From assembly GCA_003344405.1 (NCBI GenBank), contig NOWV01000015.1:806001-870000 (forward strand): a stretch of 64,000 nt of DNA, given 5' to 3'. The notes under the pieces are model-generated. The model made no database searches, was not told where the DNA came from, and saw nothing but the letters and a program-made list of their open reading frames with translations. Positions 1 through 12,551 of this stretch are shown here, in pieces. Position 1 is the first letter of the stretch. The number at the start of each line of letters is the position of its first letter. Both the position numbers and the translations under genes were made by a program. The DNA comes from Trichoplax sp. H2 (lineage: Eukaryota).

Positions 1-300
1 CCTGCTGCCTGTTACTACAGTAATGGACGTACAGTACTGTACTGCTCGCTACGACAGACGTAGTACTGCAGTCTACAGTAGGCTGAAATCCTGTACTTTA
101 TACTACACTGTACCGCAACTTTACCGTGTCATCTCATCTTATTTTCGACCATAGCAAAAATAATGTCGCCTATGGCTTGCCAAGAGTACTGCCTACAGTA
201 GGGCGGTAGAGCTGCCACAGGTGACATCGTCCTTTTTGATGTCTCAGCCTATACTGTAGACTGGACAGTGTAGAGGTCTGTACGGACGTACAGACTTTCC
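1..300. promoter_or_regulatory. GTAC-repeat (CAGTA/TACTG) and CpG-richer island upstream of SUCLG1; probable promoter
   Basis: Clusters such as gtacagtactgtactg (28-43), GC-richer than flanks, 100-400 bp upstream of the SUCLG1 ATG at 390. Confidence 0.55.
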
Positions 301-389
301 TCCACCGACGTGAGTCCTGTCCGGCCCGGCACATTGCGCGTGTGTGGGCAAAGGCACAAGAAGCAAGAGGATACGGTGGCAGCAGCAAC

Positions 390-3300
390 ATGGCTACTCT
401 TCGACTATTGAATAGAGCTGGTAAGCAGTGTTGTGCAAGTAATCTTGCACAGTATGATATTGAAACATGTTCAGAAAATGAAAAAGCGTAATGTTATAAA
501 GAATTGCCTTGATGATACTTTTATCGATACCTCCTACCTTGTTCAATTTATATTGTAGACGGGTAGAACGGAACATACCGTGATGCTGTAGCTAGTATTC
601 CGTATGAGTTACATTGAATTTTTTACTTGACGCTGGTAGAGTAGGAAATTTGATCTTGCTTAACACGTATGGCATCGCGTTTTATCGTTGTTACTGCAAT
701 TGGATGATAAAGAGAATTGTAGAACTCTTTAATATCATTACTCTGACTGCTAGTTCTCTATTTCATATCAAATCTTGAGTCTTCATCTGCCTGCTTACTA
801 CTGTACAGTACTGTGGAAGAGATGTACACTTGTACAGACGGCGTCATGAGTAGACGCAACAATATTCATCAGTAATGTACAACACTGTCGAGTTAATAGT
901 AGATTGGGTTATTGAGCGTAAATTACGCCAGAAGATTAACTCTGTTACGAATATAGTCATACTTCATTTTATTGTAATCATTGCTCACTGTGTATTTTGA
1001 GATCGTAAACCATGACTGCCAACTTCAACATACATAACTGTATAGTAAAGTACTAGCTACTTATGATTGATGTAATTGATATGTAATTATTGTAATTAAT
1101 ACAGTTAATTGCAGTTACAGATGACTGTATCTTAGACAGCAAGCTACATGTACTGTACAGATATTTCAACTTACTTTAGTAATGGCTACATCCAACCTCA
1201 GGAATCTCGGAGTATAGCAAGTACTGTACTGTAGTTGCTTATTATATATATTATTATACAGAAACCATATTCATATTAAAGAATGCATACGATTGCAGGA
1301 TTGCGAGCATAATATGTATCTAAAACTTAATCATGTAATTTCTTCGCGTTTAGTGCTCCGACGCGTAAGCCAGAACATCAGAAGCCTCAGCACAGAAGCA
1401 ACAAGAGGCAATATTATGATTGGAAAGGAGACCCGAGTAATTTGTCAAGGTTTCACTGGTCGACAGGTTAGCGATGTAGTCGCATTCTGCTCAGAATGTA
1501 ATTTGAGTAGGCACTACAACTTCAAGAGAGATCTGGATTAAAAGCCATGCACAATCAAGAAATTACAGTTTTTATGTTCGCGCAATTCACTACCAATTAG
1601 TCTCAATTAATTTAAAATACAATTTGCTCAGTCACTTCTACTTCAAGAGAGATAGAGATTAAAAACTTTCCACAATCAAGGAATTACAATTCACTCCTTC
1701 TGTTCCATTTACTACTGATAATAGGGTACTTTTCATAGTGAACAAGCAATCGCTTATGGCACCAATATGGTTGGTGGAGTTTCTCCTGGTAAAGGTGGTA
1801 AAACCCACTTAGGATTACCTGTTTTTAACTCTGTCCAAGAGGTACGCTATTGACTCCATATATACGTACTTATGATAGTTGTCTATTGCTTATGATAAAC
1901 GTCAAGATTTCATTCTCTATGATGCTATCTTTGTTCTAAAAGTTATCTAATCATTATAATGAATTATTTATACTCTGTAAAAATTGGATTAGGCGGTGGA
2001 CTCAACTGGAGCTGAGGCAACGGTGATTTATGTTCCCCCTCAAGGGGCAGCAGCTGCTATCCATGAGGCTGTAGATGCAGGGATAGGTTTAATTGTTTGC
2101 ATTACTGAAGGAATTCCTCAACAAGACATGGTGAAGGTATAATTATTATCTATAGTGTGATACTATTATCTTAGATTCTGGGATAACTTATTATTCATTT
2201 TGAGACAACTTCCATTTAATAATCTTAGGTAAAGCATAAGATACTTCGACAAGATAAATCTAGATTGATAGGACCAAATTGCCCTGGTATCATTAGAGTG
2301 AGTACATTAATACAAATTTTATGAAATATGCTAAAAATAGTTTATGCCATACCAATATGCTAAGGTCGTTTTACTTGCTAAATCTAACTATTTATTAATC
2401 AACCCATAATTAGCCTGGACATTGCAAAATTGGTATTATGCCTGCTCATATACATTTACCTGGTAGAATTGGTAAGCTAAAACGTTGTATTGACGTAATG
2501 ATATTTGTTGAGACACGAATGAGAAAAACAACTTGTAATGTGTGTATTTATATTTTGTCCTACTTGAGGAATTGTTTCGAGGTCTGGAACTTTAACTTAC
2601 GAAGCTGTTTTCCAGACCACTAATGTCGGCCTTGGACAGACTTTATGTGTTGGTCAGTATCGATATCATAAGTCATGTAGTTATTATTATTATTGATCTT
2701 TCTAATTTAATGTATATAACTTTTATAGGTATTGGTGGAGATCCATTTAATGGTACAGATTTTATTGATTGTCTTGATATATTCTTGAAAGATGACAAGA
2801 CTGAAGGTGCGTTGTTGACTTACTGACAGTGATTTCTACCTATCATCTCGGCTATCTTTCTTCCTGATAATCCAGAGTATTATATAATAGGTTATATCAA
2901 TTATATTATTGTTAGGTATTGTCTTAATTGGTGAAATCGGTGGAGAAGCTGAAGAGAAAGCAGCTGAATTTTTAGCCAAACATAACTCTGTTAGTTACCT
3001 GTTTGTAGCGCTAAAGCATTTGAGATTTCTATTTTTACTGATTATGTACTGTAATTTCCTACTCTATTTTAAAATAAGGGCCCAAATGCTAAGCCAGTTG
3101 TATCATTTATTGCTGGAATTACTGCCCCACCTGGTAGACGTATGGGTAAGCTAACAAAAGAAATTATTTTTTAACCAAACTTTGACCTATCCTAGATATA
3201 GCTAGTACTAGACGTATGACCGTAACTGACATTCGTATCATTTTTCAGGGCATGCTGGAGCAATCATCTCAGGAGGCAAAGGTGGCGCCGAAGAAAAGGT

Positions 3301-3602
3301 TCGATTCTAATTCTCTTTGCCACGAAAATTCAAAATTCGTAATGATATCATGACTAAGCTTACTTCATGTTTATTTTCTTAAAACTGAAGATTGCAACTC
3401 TTGAAGGTGCCGGAGTAGTAGTCACTAAGTCTCCTGCGCGAATTGGTTCAACAATTAAAGAGGTAATTTATATTTAGAAAGTAAAGCTTTTATTAAGAGT
3501 TGATTGTATTAAATCAAGGCTCAATTTTTCGGGGCGTTGCTGATGTTTTGTTTTCGTTTTCAACTCCGTTTATAGGCTATGCAAAAAGCTGGGAAGCTGT
3601 AG
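390..3602 (+). CDS. SUCLG1: Succinate-CoA ligase subunit alpha, mitochondrial (multi-exon)
   Basis: Exon 1 390-420 ([10 protein letters not shown], donor gtaagc, phase 1) joins 1354 ([14 protein letters not shown]; Arg-rich presequence). Later exons give [93 protein letters not shown] (phospho-His motif); stop TAG 3600-3602. Confidence 0.97.
1500..1691. repeat. Degenerate ~70 bp direct duplication (period ~121 bp) in SUCLG1 intron 2
   Basis: cactacaacttcaagagagatctggattaaaagccatgcacaatcaagaaattaca (1512) vs cacttctacttcaagagagatagagattaaaaactttccacaatcaaggaattaca (1633). Confidence 0.85.
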
Positions 3603-4288
3603 CGGTTTTTTATTATAGTCAATAGTCTGTTTAAATTTGCATTAAGCTCAGGATTGCAATAATTTGGAAGCATTAGTTTGTTTATTGAATTATACCCTCA
3701 ACAATGAATTAATCTATCAAGCAATAAAGATTATCGCCTTCATGTAAAATTGAATGAAAATACATCGTTATTGCTGATCTTGAAAGTGATAATAGCAGCT
3801 CGTACGGTGCTCCACTACTACAGTACTATGATGTAGACAATGTAAAATATTTAATGTAACAGATTAATACTGTACCGCGATCGCAATATAATTGTTCGAA
3901 TAGACCGAGTTAGATTTGACGTGCAGTATACGAGATCAACAAATTATATACCATCGTCTGATCATGACAAGATGGATAAGTCACATTTTCTACATAGGAT
4001 AGTAACTTTTCGCAGGCTTACAGAACTAATCATAGATTTTTCCCTCTTCGCTATTCATAGTAACCGCGATCGAAGACTATGACAATCAGCAATCATACTG
4101 ATTTACTGCAGCACTTAGAAGCAAATTTATATCTAACTATTTCAATGATTGCATCAGTACTAACAGTGCATCTTGAATAAATTGTATATTTAACAAAAAT
4201 TGGTAACGATTGGTTCGATTTCTATAATACAGTATACGATTAGCAATTATATTAAGAGAAATTTATAGTACAGTTCCAGAGGATTATT

Positions 4289-7200
4289 TTACTTTACTTT
4301 TTTGTTCTTTTCCAAATATTTTGCCATTGGATCGTCGCTACGTGATTTCATTAACCTATAAGCCTCCATTTCTTCCTCAGTTGGTTCGTGTACACTTATC
4401 TCCATCGGATTATATGGTCTCCTACGTTCGTCCAAAGACAGCATCTTTTCGGCATTTTGTTGGTTCTTGATCTCGGCCTCTATAGCACTAGCTAATTTTT
4501 CTTTTTTCTTTAGAGTATTATCTGCATCGTCGGCCTCACTCGTTTTACGTTTAATCTTTTTAGTCTTCATGTTTTCTTGATGAATCTAATGTACAATTTA
4601 TCCCAATGAATAATATATTTTAACGTTACCTTGTAGTAATACTACTATCTCAGTTTTGAACTATAACTAACGATATGTAATAAAGTACATGGCTCTATAG
4701 CGGACGTACGCGTGATTTTAAAGTATGGAATTATGTAATTCTTATAGTAGCGAGTTATACCTCTACAAGTGACTTTGGTTGTTCAGCTTCTGTAGGAAGT
4801 TCCAACATCTCATTTACAGCCTCTAATCGTGATTGTTGATTAAGTGAGCCCGTGCAATACGACATTTTGATAAAGGAATGGCAGCAAGCATAACCCCATC
4901 TTCCATCTTTCCAGTAAGATCCCCAAACAGTCTAAGATTAAGTTATCACAATTAAATAAAAAACTCTTTAATGTATATTTCAATAGCATGCCATCGTATG
5001 AATCTAATACTTACTTTGTGATTGTTTATTAAGATATCTTCTTCATATTTTGATCTGATGGTTACTTTTTCTTGTCCTTTAATCATATTACCAAATCGCG
5101 AGTATTCAACGTAATTTTCCGTCTGTGATAGAAGCATATCTCTGGGTGGTGCATCCAAGTGTTCTTCACCTCCGTACCTATTAGTAAATGAGTAGTGGTG
5201 ATAGTCCAATAAGCTACTTGCATAAATTATACAGATCAATTGCTAGAATAAATAGTACTCACTTTTCAAGAATGCGTTTCTGTTTATTATCCTGAAAATC
5301 ATCTTTGCGAACATTAAATTCTTTTCTCAATAATTCTAATTTAGTTGGTTCAGCTAGAACGTGTACATCTACCCCTTTGTTGTAAGCTTCCCATGCGAAT
5401 ACTAGAATATAATAAAATATTTAAGCACAATCGCTTATGAATACCAATATTAGAATTATATAAAATGCATCAACCAGAGTCAGCACTGGAGATGTTAATC
5501 TATCTTACATTGAGATTTTGCCATTGCGACGGTATCGCCAGAATGTCGAATAAAATTATCACCAGCGTATGGCAAGCTATGGTTTATTAGAATTTTCAAA
5601 AATGATTTAACAACTTCTATAACGAAATTCAAGCAGAAATAATACTAACACTAACATGGTTTTATTGGGAAGGTTACTTATGTTATGGATATGTTTAATT
5701 GAAGAATTCTTACTCTTCAGGATTATCTCCTGTTTGCTTGTAAGGATTATCTCTCATAGAACGAGTTTTCGGATCATAAAAGGCAGAATTTGGATCTAAA
5801 TTTCGTAAATACTGTAAAAGAGATGGAAGCTGTAGTACATCTGTTTTTGAACTAAAGTCTTTTCACGTCTACGAGTACTTGTATGCTATTTAAGTATCAC
5901 AGAACTTTGTAAATCATTTCATTTACCTTTGCAGTGTCTTCACGTAAACGTAAATTTCTAACTGTCATACGTCTGTTGGAGAAGGAATATTGATAAAATG
6001 ATGAATAGATAAGAAGGAGTTGAGTGAGGTAGTTTCATATTTTATACTAACATTTTAGAGTCAAATTTTGTTCCAGGCATATCAGCCTGTTCCGCGTATT
6101 TGTCCTCATCTTTATCACTGTCAGCATCGCTGTCACTATCACTCTGGAGTTAATATTTTTCAATTAGTTTAAACCTGTTAGATGTAGTTGACAATAATAG
6201 TGTAGCAATTTCACCAAGATCACAAGTAAATTATTTTAATCCTACATTATAACCATAAAGCTTATCCAAATTATGAAAAATATAATATAGCTATGGTCAC
6301 CTCATCATGTACATTCTTTTCTTGGTTATTTTCTTCATCAGCATTTAATTCTTTACTGAGTTTTTCAGCTTTCATTTGACGTTTTGCCTATTATTGTAAA
6401 GAAAATCATGTTATTGTATTAGAATACAAGACTACTTAAGGACAGCTTTAATATCGGTAGATCCGTTTATGATAGTTATTGATCTTTCAAAACTAAACTG
6501 ACTGATGATACCACTTCGATGATTAATTGGATATAATGCATTTATAAAGATCTTTCCATAACATTTCGTCATACCATGTCAATCTTGGCATATTCTTCAA
6601 TAACTTGTTTATAATCATCGGGATTGTAACCATTCCATCGATCACGTTTTCCATCATAGTCAAATTGTAGCTTTGGTTGTACGAATTCATCAGGTTTAAT
6701 ATTTTTCTCATTAAATTTTGCACCAATACGGCGTGGTCGCTGTTCAAGAAAGAGATCAGAGAATATTATTAGGCGATGGAGGCTAGGCAATCATAGGGAA
6801 TGCATTCCAGTTCAATTTATAGCGTATTAGTATATTTCGGATATGACTTGATAACAACAAGTTTAGAGACATGTTCACTGTCTAAGACTACAAGGGCAAT
6901 TTTACCTCAGTACATTCTTTTTTAGTGTGTGTTACAGCTCCACAGTTTTCACAGGCTCCTTTACGAAATTTTTTAGCCGCAACCTATGTTAAAGATATGA
7001 AATCGAAGATTAATTACTAGAGATGTGATAGACTATGACGCTATATCTTCCAATTAAGGAAAACACTTCTATTTGTAACGATAAAAATATTGACTTGGTC
7101 ATTGTATCAAAGTATTTATGATTTACAACAGGCAATTAATGTGCTGTATGTTAGATGATAAGTAGGAGTTTTAAAACCTTTTGTGTGCCACGTCGATACC

Positions 7201-8364
7201 AATCATTCAAGGGAGAGGAATCCTGTTCGATTTCTCCTTGGATTCTCTGATGTTTTAAAGAAGGTCTAATATACAAGATGAACAACTGTTGACGATATCG
7301 TAACAATAATGTATCGTATCATCCAGACGCCTTTAACCTCTACTATCAAGATCTACAGTAGTTTTAATTTGGCACTTGATACCTGTTAATGCCATAATAC
7401 CAAGGAACATCTTTGATATACTTGGGGATATGAGGATTGATATCTCTGTAATAGAAAGAGTCACATCATTCAATCCTATGTAGCAGTGATAATTTTTTCT
7501 ATTCATCTCATTTTCATCATGATTAATAGCCATAACAGTTCAATGAATATGTCTGGATGAGGCCAAAAAGTGAATTATTACTATCAATCTAAGCTGTACA
7601 GATTCTTTCATTAACACTCTTCTTGTACTGTGTGGTTGTAGGATCTGTACAGTACTTGCACGATGCGTCTATTCGCTATCGAATCAAACTTATGATGGAG
7701 ACAGTTGGCCATGTTACAACACTAGTCTGTGGGCTAATATTTATACACAACGATCTTATGCATTGGTGATTCACTGTACACATTAGTGATTACCTTATTA
7801 GATAAGATCACTGACATTAGTACAATGATTTAAGATAGGGTCTTTGTACTCATATAAATCCTTCTGCACTGATGCTAATAACTATTCTGATCAATTAATG
7901 TTACAAAGAAGCCAAAAAGTGAATTATTACTATCAATCTATGCTGTACAGATTATTCTATCGACGGTCTTCCTGTACAGTGTCGTTGTAGAATCTGTACT
8001 TGCACGACACGTCTATTCGCTCTATTAGAGACTGTGGCTATCGAATCAAGTTTACGATGGAGACACAGTTGGGCATATTACAACACTAGTCTGTGGGCTA
8101 ATATTGAGCATATACTATAGACTTGTTTAGTCAACTAACTTTCTACATCCTGGATGGATCTATTCCAATGGATTATTTGGATATGAAATTGAAGGCTGAC
8201 TTGACTAATACTATCATTCATGCTTACCTTCCTTCTTCATCTACCTCAGCTGGAGCTGTACCCGCTTTTCTAGCTTCTTCTAATTCTTTTTGTTTTTTCC
8301 AATTTTCCCTTGTAACACGATTATTATTATTAGCAGTTTCTGCGGCAGCGGCTGTTAAAGACAT
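4289..8364 (-). CDS. SLU7: Pre-mRNA splicing factor SLU7 (multi-exon)
   Basis: MSLTAAA...[43 protein letters not shown]; zinc knuckle [109 protein letters not shown]. Confidence 0.97.
7562..8106. repeat. ~185 bp direct duplication in SLU7 intron 1 (copies ~7562-7741 and ~7911-8106)
   Basis: Both copies start gccaaaaagtgaattattactatcaatcta and end caacactagtctgtgggctaatatt, with substitutions and small indels inside. Confidence 0.9.
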
Positions 8365-8489
8365 TTTCCTGTTTTCTTCCTTTATTTTCTCCTTTTTCTG
8401 GATTAAATTAGCATCAAAGTATGAAAGTTGTGAAAGCAATTCCTCTCCCACAATTCACGTCGAAACGTTTGAAGGACGTGAGTGACTGT

Positions 8490-9032
8490 CCCGTTTAGTA
8501 CACATCTGTAGTTGTACGATAGTATAATGTATCGTACATACTGCTACCTACTGTATGGTACGTAATACTATGGTACTGAAACGAGCAGAATGTTACGGTA
8601 TTGAAAAAGGAACGGTAGAGTACAGTACTGTGTACTGTACTCTCCTTGAGTAGTACTGTACGGTATGGTACCGTACAGTACGGTGCAGTATCCACAATAC
8701 ACAGCTACAGTACATGGTACCGTACTCCTTGACTGTAGCAGTACAGTACTGTACTGGACTAGACTGGACCGTACAGTGTACAGTACTACTTACAGAACAG
8801 TACTGTACACTGTACACTGATCACGACAGTCAGCTGAAGTGCGCATCCGCGTTCCGTTCCAATCCGTAGTTTACTCGCCACCGTACTGTACAGTACTGTA
8901 CACTGTAGCGTACTCCGCGACTGTAGCAGTACGGGACAGTACTGGACTGTACCGTACCGTACAGTGTACAGTGTACAGTACTACTGTACTGTACTGTACA
9001 GTACACAGTACTGTACACTGGTCACGACAGTC
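8490..9032. promoter_or_regulatory. GTAC-repeat island in the SLU7/BORCS7 head-to-head interval, containing a ~120 bp direct duplication
   Basis: Dense cagta/tactg runs; two copies of cgtactcc..gactgtagcagtac...tactgtacactg.tcacgacagtc (~8721-8831, ~8909-9032). Confidence 0.65.
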
Positions 9033-9761
9033 CGAGATTAATCAACTTTTTTTCATAGTTTCATACTCAATGTGGCCCAAATTCTTTCTCCAGTGGCAGT
9101 TTTTTTCCTTCTCTTCACCAATATAGTAACAAGATGGACAGTTCAATTTTAACATACAGTATAGACATGTTTTATTAGTAAGAAAAATAGAGGGAAAATA
9201 GACTAAAGACTCGGGTAAATACTTCTACTAAATACACATACAGTACTGTATGTACTTATTTAGAACGAAAATGAAAGGGAATCGAAATGATCCTTCACTT
9301 TTCTGGTCATTTCAAGTGTATTGTATATCTGCATGGTACACTATCCTGTCGACGATTGACAGTTAAATAACAAAATGCGCTGCTCTCGTGTGACATGCGC
9401 AGTAATACGCATAGGTTACGTACCGGTTCGATCCTGTAGGGCGTGTTTGCAATAAAATCTTTAAAATCTTCCATCTTCAATCCTGAAACATCTATATATC
9501 GTGTTTGATAGTCTTAGATCTACTATAGGACCACGCACACTACATACTAAACAAGTGCATATTACACAATTTACATCATAAGCCTCGATCTTATACGGCC
9601 ATGTTATAAAAAAAGTAAAGGATCTTGACTATTTATCCAGTAAAGTAGTGAGCGACCAGCTGATGGAAGTCTGCAGATACGAAGAGTGATTGATTGCGAC
9701 TTCTTGAAGGCCACAAGTGCAATCAAAACAGAATAGGTAAATTGTTTTAAAAGTATTGATC

Positions 9762-11091
9762 ATGGCATCGAATCTTCCTATTCGAGAAAAGCTTACCAGC
9801 AAGATGCAAAGTGCCATTTTAGAGACTGGAAAGTTAGCTAGACATGTACAGCCAGGATGGAAAACTAACGAAGTTAGTATAAAAATGGATGATTATCCAT
9901 TTATTAAACCTAAAGAATGATGAATGGAGGATACTAACAACTAATAAAATCAATACACTCATGTTAATGTTATACAAGTAAATGCAAAATAACATGTGCT
10001 CGCTTACCAGATTACCTAGTCAACAGGATCTATTGCATACCAGATTGACATTTGACATGCAATGATAGCGACCACAATGTCTACCATTACTATCCATATC
10101 TTACGGAGCCAGTCATTATATTAATTATTATACGCAATTTCTAATAGATGCGTACTGATGTGATAAGCTCGGACCTAAGATGATTTCCACGGCATAGTGT
10201 TATGCTACTGTAATTGCATGATACTGTTAGTAAATGTAGTAATAAAAAATAAGACAACTGATTGTGAATGTGGTACAATATACGTCATCATAACGATGAC
10301 CACTTATCATAACACGTTATAACATAGTGAAATTATAATTTACGATCTCAAGGGCATCACTCAAGCTGTTAAATGTACTTGTATGCAAGAAATACATTTG
10401 AAAAATGCAGTGGATGTGAGTATTCAATAGGCCTTAAGCGATTCAACTTTTAGCAATTGTAATAGCATAACAAATTAGGGGAAGAAGTGATAGAACGTAG
10501 AAATTGATCATACGCGTATTATACTTTCTCAACTACGATGTATAATGTTATACACGATTACTAAAATATTATCTAGAATTCCCAAAAATTAAAAGATCAA
10601 ATTGAAAAGATGAGAATACAGTAAGTATTAACTCACAAATGAAGACTAACTTATATCACTGTACTTGTACAGAATCCATCATTTGCTACAATTTTTGAAT
10701 CTAATCAGTGGTATCATTCCTATTCTAGGTCCAATGACATTGAATGCAAGTACGACTTAGGATCGATAGAATAATAATAAATTATACTTTTTAACTCTTT
10801 CATCAATTGCTGCTATTATTTTAACACAAAGTGCCAATACTGTACTCGTCTATTAGCTATTAGCTTAACGTACATGAAGTGATCTAGTATAGACATCAAC
10901 GAAGCAGTCTTTAAATTGCATCAACATTATTTCAATAGAATTTATTGAAATTTGTATCTTTATAATTTTAAGGTAGTTCTACTAATCTGCTCAATTACAT
11001 TTAATATTTCAGTTTGGAACGCTTAAACGCCATCACAGACTGCCTAGCGACTATCCCTCATATCGCTGATGATACCTCTATCAATAATTAA
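9762..11091 (+). CDS. BORCS7: BLOC-1-related complex subunit 7 (BORCS7/diaskedin-like), 105 aa, 5 exons
   Basis: Phase-consistent GT-AG exons 9762-9872, 10353-10415, 10577-10620, 10729-10749, 11013-11091 give MASNLPIREKLTSKMQSAILETGKLARHVQPGWKTNEGITQAVKCTCMQEIHLKNAVDNSQKLKDQIEKMRIQSNDIECNLERLNAITDCLATIPHIADDTSINN; length and pattern align by eye with human BORCS7 (LTEKV..LTKQVLKGSRSSELLGQAARNMVLQEDAILHSED). Confidence 0.75.
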
Positions 11092-12551
11092 TAGTTAATG
11101 AATTACTGATTAAAAAATATTTAAGACATTAGCAAATACCAATTTACTTCGTACCTTCCTCAGTCATATTCAAACTGGAAAAATTAAGACAACATTTACA
11201 TAAATACGTACGAATACTGTATCAATTGATTGTCATAGATGCCTACAAAGATTCTCGAAAAAAATCGTTGCAGTACAGTATATAAAATAATAAAACTTTA
11301 ACGGATCTTTATTCTCACTATAAAAATAGAACGGCAATGTAAAAAACAAACTGAACATTTTGCGTATTACCTATTAAATTGTATAAATATTAGCGATATA
11401 GATATAGCTAAAAAAGTAATTAATTTCTTATAATCTCTGTTTATCTCTTGATGATGCCTAACAAATTATTAGCCTGTGTCTTGTATCAAATTGTACATTT
11501 TAAAATTCGTAATTCTTAAATGTTATCGCAATCTTATAAATACTATAGTGGCGATTTTTTATATTTACAATTGTCTTACTACACCTGATATCACGCAAGT
11601 CTTATTCACAGCTTATTTTAAAGCGCTTACAATATGTATTGACAGTAAACGTGTCACATGCAAGTAAATATTTCAATCACTTGTGATTTCATATAAAGCG
11701 ACACAGTATTCTGGAGAATATAGCATCTATCTTGAAGTTTCGAGTTACAGGTTTAATATTGTCCACTATAAGTGAAAGAAGTCTAAACCTTCAGTATACA
11801 GTATATACGCGTATAGGTTAAGATAACTAATCTTGAATATGCTGACGTCGAATAATAGATTATGACTATTTTTAAAATTCGCTCTGAAGCACTTTATTAA
11901 TTAATGGATTAATTAATTACATTTAGCAACACTGTTCGCTTATATTGGAATGTTACGTACAGTATACTCATGAAAGGAAAAGCTGCTGTCTCATGAAAGC
12001 ATAATACATCTATAATTCTTATACACTTTATAGATTCCAATCAATAAACAGGGTATCTGAATAAAAAATAATATTTACTAGTAAACAAACAAATTTCAAG
12101 AGAGGTTTTGACATATAAATACGCACTAGAAATTTGTAATAACGTTTACATATATATATCCTCATTTATCTTGTAGTAGTTTAATACTACTATTTAAATT
12201 CGTAAAAATCTGTCTCTAAATCCACAGGTATAAAAATCTACTATAAAATGAAATACATGACATATATAGGATAATTAAATTTTAACCGAAATATCTTTAT
12301 TGATCAAAACATACCGCGTAAAATTCATCAGATCATGATTCTCAGTATTATTATATTAATCTTAATCTAAATATACCATTTAGGTATCTAATTTATTGAG
12401 CAAAAAATTTTTATGCTATATAATTGACAAAAGTATTACCGTATAAATTCACGAACTTTATAGAGTATTCCGTTTGATAGCGCAGAAATATATTATATGG
12501 ATCCAATTAGCATAAACATCTACTAAGGCTAGGTGAAGAGTTTTATCGATT

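Noticed and set aside
1148-1355. SUCLG1 start codon split by an intron (A at 1220 | TG at 1354, giving MLRRVSQ)
   Set aside because: Exon 390-420 has a better start context, a strong gtaagc donor, the same phase and a fuller presequence
8123-8485. 120-aa plus-strand ORF (also 21392-21772 minus, 28457-29007 plus, 40263-40989 plus)
   Set aside because: Antisense to real exons or lying in promoter DNA; no recognisable protein features
8495-9126. Tyr/Cys/Thr/Val-rich ORFs here and at 20907-21500, 30915-31233, 41676-42012
   Set aside because: Translations of the GTAC repeat, which is poor in stop codons, on both strands
9390-9445. GGTTCGATCC B-box, tRNA-like
   Set aside because: No cloverleaf, acceptor stem or A box
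9300-11180. Apparent minus-strand spliced non-coding or snoRNA-host transcript
   Set aside because: Candidate exons do not chain into a consistent frame, no convincing snoRNA was found, and the plus-strand BORCS7 model explains the region
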